A stretch of DNA of 58,176 bases, counting the filler, from Dimargaris cristalligena (taxonomy: Eukaryota), in NCBI GenBank assembly GCA_003614675.1. It is 3 parts of 3 records of this genome, joined end to end, with 100 filler letters (N's around TTAATTAATTAA, not from the genome) between each part and the next. Parts side by side here need not be neighbours in the genome. Positions count along the whole stretch, not along the records: positions 38,913 to 58,176 come from ML002731.1; 2 more parts are not named here. One strand, given 5' to 3'. Shown piece after piece: positions 49,116 to 58,176 of the stretch. A program made the position numbers and the translations under genes. How positions within the stretch are numbered: position 1 is the stretch's first letter; every line of letters starts with the position of its first letter. The notes below the pieces were generated by a model that saw only the letters and a list, made by a program, of their open reading frames with translations, did not search any database and had not been told where the DNA came from.

Positions 49116-49692
49116 TTTTGATGTTAACCGCTTCCATCGCCTGGGCCTTGGTGGATAAATTGAGGGCCTGGTACTGAAGTCCTAGCCGGGACAGGTTATT
49201 GGATTGGATTGCCTGGTTTAATCATTGAGAATTGCCCATAGGGGAGTTAAAGGTTAGTGTATAAGTATGGTTGGATCATCTTTGGGAGCCTTAAGCTTGG
49301 ACCACTGCCTAAGGTTCACTGAATCGGGGGGGGGGGGTTAATAAAGGAGGACATAAGCGACCAACACCCCCCTTAAGTACTCTAAAGACGCTCACTACTT
49401 TGACGTGGGAATGCCCATCAATTGTATATATTACCTTAGCAAGGGTTTGCCAGCGCATGTAATCCAGGCGGAGTCGGGCCAGCTGGGCAGTGGCTATTTG
49501 GGTTTGGTCCTGAAGAGTCGTTAACTGGCGGTGCAAGTCACGCTCCTGAAGCGTCGCCAAGGGGTACTGGAGTTTGGTCTGTAGAGAGGCAAGGGCCTCC
49601 CTTATTTTGGGCAGGTCGGCGTGGTCGGAAGTCAGGAAAGACGGGTCGGCGCGCTGACCCATGGTTGCATTAAACGGCGAGCCGGGCAACAT
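49116..49692 (-). CDS. Hypothetical coiled-coil protein; exons ~49692-49435 and ~49212-49116, 3' end uncertain
   Basis: Leu/Gln heptad-rich ORF (IREALASLQTKL..LTTLQDQTQIATAQLARLRLDY). GTAATA donor and CAG acceptor are in phase; a GTAAGT donor follows. No family recognised. Confidence 0.45.
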
Positions 49693-50358
49693 GAAGAAGC
49701 GGACGGGGTGGGGATACTAATAAGGACAGTGGCAATAATAAGAGGGGTAAATACAAGCCAGTGAAGCCAAGGTGGCTTGGACATGGAACGGGCGGGAAAG
49801 GAAACATGGGCAAGCCAAATGAAACTTTAGCAGCGAAGGAAAAGAAACCGGAGGGGTTTCGCCTGGGCAGGAGCGCGGAAGCCAGGTCTCTCACTATTCG
49901 CGCCCTGGCGGTGGTACACTATGGTCCCAAATACCGCTAATTCGCTTTTCAATGCAAGGCTATTTTACCATGCAGCTTACCAACAGTTAGCAGGAAGTAG
50001 GTTTGGTTAAATATAAATATGTAGTTAATGGTGGACTGCCCAAGGCCTGCTCACTGTGGAGAGGGCTGCTATAGGAAGGGGCAATAGATTCAAGCGGGTA
50101 TTCCCCCCATCTAACACAGCAGCCACCCTGGGCATAGTGGACATGGCCTTACTAAGAGTGGAAAAGGTTGCGTAGGTAGGGAGGGGGCTTCTGCCCACAT
50201 TCCCTGGTCAGCGCTGAAACTAGGCTGAGGGTGAATGGGGGGTTCAGACCCACACCAGGTTACAATTAGACATTCCCACTTCATCCTTAGTTCCTTTACC
50301 ATATACTCACTCCTCTTCTTCCGTTGATTGCTCCGCTCGGCCATCCCCAGACTCACCC

Positions 50359-52102
50359 ATGCAGCTTTCCCCCGCCGAATACTCCCAGTACCAAACAATA
50401 TTCCAGAATGCCGGCCCGGTTAATGGCGTACTATCAGGTAGGTTTCCGCCCCGTCAGCCACCGCGGACTGCCTTTACGGAGGGAAACCCGAGGTCGGCCT
50501 ACTAAAAAAGAGTAGTTGAGTATGAATAACCACTCTATCCCCCGTACACCGCTATACATACCGCCGTCTATAATAGAGAAGCAGCCGCAATACCCATATA
50601 TTTAGCCTGGTTTCTAATCCCCCCCCCCCATTATTCGGCTATCCCCATAAACTGCTGTATGTAAATACCCCACCATACCCTCCTACTTTTAGGTGAGCGG
50701 GCCAGGAACATCCTGGTTCAGTCCAACCTACCCCACAACCAGCTGGCCTCGGTCTGGAATCTAGCGGATATCGATAAGGACGGCGCCCTCGACTTGGACG
50801 AATTCTGCGTCGCCATGAAGCTCGTCTACGCTATTCTAGGGGGACAGGTCAGCCAGCTACCCCCTCAACTTCCCCCGGCTCTGGTTCCGGCCTCCAAGGC
50901 CCATTTACTAGGTGGTGGCGGCCACCACCACCACCCCAACACTCTAACTCAAACTCCCACCCCCGCTGTCCCCTCGGCCGAGCCATTTACCTGGTATATC
51001 CCGCCTCCGGACCGAGTGGCCTATGAAGCCCGATTCAACCTGTTACGCAAGGGGGAGGATTCCGTGTCCCTCCTATTCCTCAACGACTTTTTGCGCAGTT
51101 TAGGCCTACCCTGGGACCAGATAACCCAGTGCTGGAGTTTGGTAGATATCAAGAAAATGCAGGTTCTCAATAAGGAGCAGTTCATTCTGCTCATGCATCT
51201 GCTGACTCGGATGGCCCAAGGTGTCCGAATTCCCGCGTCCCTGCCCGCCAGTGTGCAGGATATCATCCATAATTCGCTTAAGCTCAGCTCGTCCCTTCGG
51301 TTTACCGCTACTCAATCGGGATCGGGTACGGGGGGAGGGTCCAGTCCGAGCCAGGCCCGGGATTCCCCGGGACTCTTTGGCAAGAACTCCAAAAATGTGG
51401 CCCTGGCCGATAGCTACATCTCGAAACTGACCAGTGGCTATACCGCCAAGTCAACCTATGGTATGTATAGAACGATGACCTGGCCGTCTACACACATAAA
51501 CCCACTCCCCTTCTCCACCTGATTGTGCATTTATCTGTTCTTGAGGGGCCAGAGCTAGATCAATTTTCTTGCAAATAATATAACTGCGTATAAACCCCCA
51601 CACACCATACTTGGACTAATCCGGACTACTATCTCTTACACCCCCCCCCACTCTACACCTGCTTGCCTGAATCTGTGCCGCCCTTCCCTTCTATTGTTCA
51701 GAATCCAACAAATCCTCGTTCCCATCCAGTGCCGCCGCCATTCTCGATGAAGAGCAAAAACTACGGGAAGAGCTAAAAACCCTCGAGGCCGAAGTGGCCG
51801 CTGCAGAACGAGAAGCCGACAAGGCCGAATCCCAGCAAGCTCAAGCGACACCGTCGGCTACGCTGCAGGAACTGGAACAATTATTAGAGTACCAGGAACG
51901 CCGCAAAGCGGATATTGTCACTACCCCCTACCAGCTGCGCGACCAAGTGCGTCAGCGGGAAGGTGAACTCCAGCGCCACCAACAGGTGCTGCGGGATATC
52001 CGGGATGCCGTGGCTGCGCTGAACGAGGATAAGGCCTTTGTCACTAATTACCTGGCCGAGGGCCGGGAAAAGCTGCGTGACTTGGAGTCGCGGGTCAAAT
52101 AA
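50359..52102 (+). CDS. END3: EH-domain endocytosis/actin-regulatory protein End3; 3 exons (50359-50437, 50693-51460, 51702-52102)
   Basis: YQTIF..PVNGVLSG|ERARNILVQSNLP..LASVWNLADIDKDGALDLDEFCVAMKL..LPPALVPASKAHL, a second EH-like repeat, and a C-terminal coiled coil (EEQKLREEL, LEQLLEYQ). Confidence 0.88.
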
Positions 52103-53342
52103 GTCCAGGGGGGTGGTCGGATGATGCCATTCTAGACCCCATGGTTTGCAACTTACCCCTGATTCCACGGTCTGTTTTACCATTATTACTACTATTATTA
52201 CTATTATCATTACTATTATTGGCCCTATTACTTGCGTACACCATGCCATATCCATAAATTCAATGATTGTTGTCTATCGGGGTGGTTCCTGAAACTGAAG
52301 GCCGATTATAAGTTTGATATGTGAAGTAGAAAGGTATTGGGACTCCAAGTAGAACCTCACCTTAAGTTGTTTTTGGTGCTGCGTGTAGACAAGTGCTACG
52401 CTGAAGGTGAGGCCTTCCCAGGAGGTCTCTTTCCATAATATCATTTGGGCCTTGCTCAGCATCCCGCCCCAGTCCAAAACACCGGATACGCAGGGTAATA
52501 TGCCAGATCGGAAACCCAAATCCGGGCGGGCTTGCATGATTTCTACTCTAATTTGCTTTATCATTAGCTCACTGTCTATTGTCTATTAGGCAAAAGTTTG
52601 CTAAATGGCAGTTACCCCACGGCCCCACATGGACTGGATTGACTGCCGAAAATAGGATTCAGACTGCTCATTGTTTGCTGGATTTTTCTCCTGCTTGGAC
52701 TCCCACCAACCCATTTATCCAAGCAACATTGCAGAGAAAAAAAAGTAGGTATAATCAAAGCCTTTCCAATGCCCAACTGACGACCCCATCATCCCCACTC
52801 GAATCCACAGGCCTATAAAAGTCACCTTGTCATCGGGCTCAGATCCATGGCTACTAACCCTACCCTTCCAGCTGCTCTGTCGATAGAGTATTGTACCTCC
52901 CATTTTTCGGGATTATCTCTTCTGTCTGCTTGTTGCTATGCAATAACCAATCCCCCCATTGACAACTATAGCTCGCCCTACCCCACAGGCACCGTGTGTA
53001 TCCCTTTTTGGCCTGGCTCGTGAATGGCCCAGGCATATTCTCTTAATCGCACCAGTTTTATAGCACGTGGTTTGTGACTTTTTTTCGGCCTTGTTTACAC
53101 TAGCCTGATCCATACAGCTCTTCGCATTGTTTACACTTTACTCCGTGACCCTCCTCCCCTCTCCACCAACGGCCCCTCGAAAGCCGTTAACGCTGTTCCG
53201 TTCTAATATAGCCTACACCACCCACGGCTCCTCGACTAGCCAACGTATCCCAGTATTGCTCGCATTTTTACTCTACCCGTGCCTCCCCGCCTTCCTTCCC
53301 AATCGGCCATATTCTTAAACAACCGCAGCGGTTTACTGGGCC

Positions 53343-54547
53343 ATGTCTGTATCTGCTGAGAAACGCAGTCTGCCTTCTCAGACCTCTCCCACTGCGCTAC
53401 GCTGCAAACGGGTCCAGCTACCCAAGGACAGCCCAGCCGTGGAACCGACCGACTCCTCGCTATGGGGGGGCTTGTCCAATGTACCAGTGGGTAGTCTGCC
53501 CCCGCAGTCCCCCCTTAAGGAACTGCCCCTGGTACCGGTCACCGGCATTCCTTTACTCGACCCCATTACACAGGAATGCGAACCCATGGCTTTACAGAGC
53601 TTTTCTGGCCGTAGGCTGGTCCTGGTATTCTATCCGCACGACTTGTAAGTATTTGGTATAACAGTGGTTGGTCACCAGTGCTAGCCTTTTCTGACTAGAC
53701 GCAGGGAGCCCTACAATGTTACCACGCCCGGCCTCCATTTGTCGGGCAAGGGTTGATTATAATATTGCAACTTAGTTCCTAATCATGATTATGGTTTCTG
53801 TCCCTATCCAACTTGAACCGTGCGCTCCCCTAAGCGAACCCACCGCCATGCATTCTCTCATGGGCTATAAGTAAGTTTATCACCCCGCCATCCCGTAAGC
53901 CCCTAACCTCCCTTACACTCTCCCATACCAGTTCGCATATTAGATTATACCCACACCATCTTCAGGTCTTTTTATCCACTCCGCCAACGGCTCTTTTCCT
54001 TCTCTGATTTGATTTCCAAATCCACTTGTGAAATCAATCCCAACAGCGAGTATCTGGGTCATTTCACCCAACTCAATTGTGCGGTGGTGGGCTGTTCCAG
54101 TGATTCCGAATTCGCCCACCGGGCCTGGCTCAACACAAGTGCGGACTATCATGGGGTGTTTGGCCTTCGGTTCCCTTTGGCCTCCGACATGCTTCATAAA
54201 CTAGCCCGGTCCGTCGGGGTATTCGACGTGGCCAGGCAGTTCACGCACCGGTAAGTGTCGATTATCCCCCGTCCCCCCGTATAATTACCGTCTTGTCTTG
54301 TATCCGCCCCCCCTTTACTTCTTATTATTGGGCAACCGATGGGGTGGAGGCGACTGTCTCTTGTTTAAGATAACATTAACTCCCCCCCTTTTTTTGAAGC
54401 AATGTTATGGTTTTGGATATTAGGGCGGCTGTGGTTATCGACGAGCACCAGCGTATCCGTTACAGGATCTCCTTCCTTGGCTCCGCACGCCTCGAGGTGC
54501 AGCAAGTTCTCTCTGCTGTTACAGAATTGGCCCACTGCAACGCATAA
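53343..54547 (+). CDS. AhpC/TSA peroxiredoxin-fold protein apparently lacking the peroxidatic Cys; 3 exons (53343-53644, 53966-54250, 54424-54547)
   Basis: LQSFSGRRLVLVFYPHDL|SFYPLRQRLFSFSD..FTQLNCAVVGCSSDSEFAHRAWL..LRFPLASDMLHKLARSVGV..R|AAVVID..IR. Confidence 0.8.
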
Positions 54548-55122
54548 GTGTGGTTCTTTCCCGATATAATAGGGTGTCCGGTTTGGTTCCTATTTATAGG
54601 TATCCCTATTTACGGAAGACGTCCCATATGTACAAATTATTCATTTGCCGATAAATTAGCGAGCTCCAGATCCGGCGTTTTTAATACACACCTCCATAAT
54701 ACATTCAGATACACCTTGCGAACTTACACTGCCTGTAGGCGGTGGCCGTAATGCAATAAACAGTCGCTCTTAAAGGCACTTTAGAATTTTACACGTTCGT
54801 TTAAAGTAGATAATCACTAAAGGATCAAGTAAATTAATTCCGGTTGACAATAGACATCGTTATCGCAACCGCAGTTGTTCCATCTATTAAAAAAAATTGA
54901 GTGTATTCGGTATTTTTAAATTACATATGTGCACTTAGTGCCAGCAAGCTGCCAAACATCCGCATACATATTTGGCGGGAACTGCCCATCGATGTTGAAT
55001 ATAGCACGACTTTGTCAATTAAAACCAAAGGATTAAAAGGACCGACTCAAGACTTAAACTATAACGAAGGTGTCTTGGAAAATAAAGGTAGCGGCAAAAG
55101 ATGGGGGCAGGGCAGGGCAGCT

Positions 55123-55800
55123 CTAGTCCGACATAGTATCGTCGGAATGGGGGGAATCCCGCTGGAGGTTTTCCTGGGCCTGCACCGCGTCAGCCAAGTT
55201 AAGGGACTCACTGTCGTTGGCTTGATTATCAGCGCGGGCAGTACTCGAAGGCGACCTAGACGTAGTGGAGGAGGACCCCGCCGATGCTATATTTACACCT
55301 TCCTCCGCCGACTGGGAAGGAGGCGGCTGTACCCGCTGCCGAATTAATTCAGCCAGAGCCGCCTGGGTTTTCGGTTCCAATTTATCGAGTTTCTTTTGTA
55401 AATCGCGTTTCAAATCCCAATTGGGTTTCTGGGGTGCGAGCTGCTGTAGGTCAATCGCGCCGGCATTCGCGGCCGATTGGGATTGCTGATGCTGTTTGCG
55501 GGCGTTTTCGGCGGCCAAGGTACGCTCTGCTACTCCGGTGGTGGCTTGTTCGACCGTGGCGCCCGTAAGAACAGAGGGTTTGGGCCAGGCTGTGGATGGG
55601 GATGGATGAGGGGAACTACCTTGCGATGCTACGCCGGGCTGGGCTAAACCATCGCGATTAGCCAAAGTATGGTCATCGGACGGATCCAGCGGCCGTTTAG
55701 TTCCCGCCGAATGGGAAGCGTCGGAAGCATTGGTTTGTCGCTGGCGTGCCTGGGCTAGGGCCTTCAGGCGCTCACGCCTATTCTGAGCTTCCGAATCCAT
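55123..55800 (-). CDS. CWF18: Spliceosome-associated Cwf18/CCDC12
   Basis: EAQNRRERLKAL at the N-terminus; IDLQQLAPQKPNWDLKRDLQKKLDKLEPKTQAALAELIRQR. ATG at 55800. Confidence 0.92.
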   Translation of the reverse strand: MDSEAQNRRERLKALAQARQRQTNASDASHSAGTKRPLDPSDDHTLANRDGLAQPGVASQGSSPHPSPSTAWPKPSVLTGATVEQATTGVAERTLAAENARKQHQQSQSAANAGAIDLQQLAPQKPNWDLKRDLQKKLDKLEPKTQAALAELIRQRVQPPPSQSAEEGVNIASAGSSSTTSRSPSSTARADNQANDSESLNLADAVQAQENLQRDSPHSDDTMSD

Positions 55801-56219
55801 AGCATAAAATATAGGGGCACAAGGTAGAAGTAAATAATAGTAGCTGAATGGGATTGTAAATGTTAACAATTAACGTTTAAATGTAGACCAGTATGATAGG
55901 CAAATGCCAAAACAGAGAAACCTGTTTCATAGCGAAACCTATTCACAGTAAAATGGTATTTGCTGTGGAAGTAAAGTTACCCGAGGTTTACTGGTAAATC
56001 CTTTAGGATTGGTAGGATTCTGCAAAAATACCATTCACTTTAATTTAACCGTATGCTGGTTTTACTCAGAGTCGATCTCATGCAAATTCTACTACAGTAA
56101 GTTGGTGTTTATTTCAGAGACGGTGTTATCTCTTAATAAAAACCTGGCTTCTGGGCGGAGATTTAAAGATAAAAATAGTGCGTCTCTATATATATGGTAT
56201 AATTATATATTGGACGGAC

Positions 56220-58040
56220 TAGTTCATACAGTCAGGATATCAACTACAATAGTCATTGTATAGAATTTACATTGCCATAAGTTAAAAAAGGGAGAAAAAT
56301 GCACTTGTATATGAAACAGCAAGAATTGTGTAGTGGTGATACATCAACTAAGTAAAATTAAATTATGGGCATAAACCTCACTAGCAGTAAAGGCTGGCAT
56401 CATTAGGACACTTAAGAAAACAATAAGGCTTAAATTTCTCAAGCCAGTTGGTCTATAAGGCAATCTATTAAAATGTACCCACACCAACACTAAATTGAAT
56501 TGAGCATCATTTGTTTCCACCGAGGTATTGCATGATGAGAAAAATATGCCAATTTTGGCTAAGAATGGCTAAGGGACCAAATAGGAGTCAATGGTTAAAA
56601 CTACTGTCTTGTTTAACTACATTTATCCAAAGTAAAGTTATAGCAATAGGAGTGACAATAGGAAATGGTGCAGCAGCCCCAAAAGAGCAAGCCCATAAAG
56701 GAATGCTATACACCCTCCCAATTGAAACCACCAAAGCAAATATGTATTTTATAATGAATTCAAAGCGGATAAAATAAAAATAGTACAATATTAGGCAAAT
56801 TAAAACCAAGTGGCTCTGGGATTTAAATGAGCTGCAACTACTAGGTATGAAATTGTCTCTGTTCAACTAATCAGGCCTTCAAACAGAGGGGGTGGGGTGA
56901 TATTATTGTTAATAGATGCTGTCGATGTTTGTTATTTTATTGGCAATACTTATTTCACACAATGGACAAGTCCACAGTCTACAATAAATGAAAGTCATCA
57001 TGCACGTGTATAAAGAAACACAGCAGGAATAAATTTTGATTGTAAAAATGAATAAACTAATAGGGTTGGCTGGTAGGAAGGAATAAAAGGAGAAAGATAG
57101 AGAAACAAATTTTCGCATGAAAATTTTTCCTTTCTACTATGGGGAAAGTAATATTTTTATGGATTTTTTTTTCTTTCACCTCTATTAACATAATAAGTTT
57201 TTTAAAATAAATTATATGAATGTAGCTACAAAGGGGCTGCAGTCTACTCAGGCCTATATTATATTTGGCCAACTGAGAGCTCCTCTAGAAAGCAGGGAAG
57301 AGGGAGGACACTCTTTTTCATAGTATAGGGAAATATCATAAGCTTCTCCTCCTAGAGGCATTTCACTGTCTTTCCTAACTACAGAAAAATGAAATGCCAC
57401 TAAAATGGGAGAAGGGGTGTATTACCATTCAATCATTCAATGAGCTGGAGTGCTTTGGGCCATCTAAGCATAAATGGAACCAGTTTGGAACCCCATTTGT
57501 GAATAATAGTATCACCTCATCAAATCCTCCTAAACCATCCCCTTATTACTCTCTAATCCCCCCTCTCTACTATCAATGTCAAATTCACAGATAGTTGAGT
57601 AATACCCACTGCATCTTAGCATCTTTGCCTATGTCTTTTTATTGGACCTCCTTCCACACTATCCTTGGCAAAGGGCCCTTGTCCATCCACTAGTAGGTTT
57701 ATGGCCCACTTGGGACCATTGGTCCCACAGGGTTCACCAGTGTACCATTCTTAGCAGCCTGCCTACCCTTCATTTACTGACCCCCTCACCCTACTATCCC
57801 CCCAATTGAACTTTCACTTTGGTCATCCCCTGCTAGATGTCCACTCCACCACCTAGTACCACATTAAGTGAAACCACTAAGACATCTGCAAATCAATGTT
57901 ACACACTGGGCCTTGCTGACTGACCTAGATTGGAAATAATAAAATAGGCCTTTACAAGTATTAACTTTTGTCACAATTTATTGAGGAATATGTTCCTATG
58001 GATTCTTTATCCTATCCTGTTTGTCACCCCTCCTAATCCG
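56220..58040. repeat. AT-rich, strongly CpG-depleted tract; probable decayed transposon/repeat
   Basis: No CG seen between ~57116 and ~58038 and very few from 56220. Only broken ORFs. Family not identifiable by eye. Confidence 0.5.
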
Positions 58041-58176
58041 TCCTAATCCAACTGATATGACCACCGTCATATCAGGCCGTATAGCACCATATTGTACCCC
58101 CCTGGCCCTAACCAGGCCGAACATCAGTGATATCCCCTTAACCGGCCAGGCCTCCCGGAGTTCGCACTAATCACTC

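Noticed and set aside
53932-54010. Selenocysteine-containing AhpC (TGA near 54005; SECp43-related gene at 36009)
   Set aside because: That TGA is out of frame with the conserved Prx sequence. The RRM gene is the widespread Nam8/Ngr1 type and lies on another contig.
56588-56866. GRVYSIPLWACSFGAAAP as a reverse-transcriptase motif
   Set aside because: Only a vague resemblance to PFGLxxAP, with no YxDD found; family left unassigned.

Overview
Intron-containing fungal nuclear DNA (GTAAGT/GTAGGT donors, YAG acceptors). The gene set (alpha-aminoadipate-pathway homocitrate synthase, animal-type tyrosine aminotransferase, tandem M36 fungalysins) suggests an early-diverging fungus, possibly Zoopagomycota; that placement is inference. 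The window is three ~19.3-kb segments joined by artificial 100-bp N/TTAATTAATTAA/N spacers, so synteny across the gaps means nothing. I reconstructed about 23 genes by hand-splicing. Most are housekeeping: nitrobindin, MSC7-type ALDH, LYS20, NT-C2 protein, arrestin, BET1, C2 protein, SLX9, two RRM proteins, mitochondrial uS11, zinc-ribbon protein, TAT, END3 and CWF18. The most notable items are: (1) a 7-exon gene, almost invisible in the ORF track, resembling Integrator subunit INTS14 without its vWA domain; (2) a secreted Kex2-processed glycine-zipper peptide precursor; (3) a peroxiredoxin-fold protein lacking the peroxidatic Cys; (4) a stand-alone protein resembling the metazoan ArgRS leucine zipper; (5) three 14-bp palindromes upstream of LYS20 plus a structured intron with a second donor; (6) a fungalysin with two in-frame stops; (7) a 144-bp MITE-like element on two contigs. 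All homology calls come from recalled motifs, not database searches.
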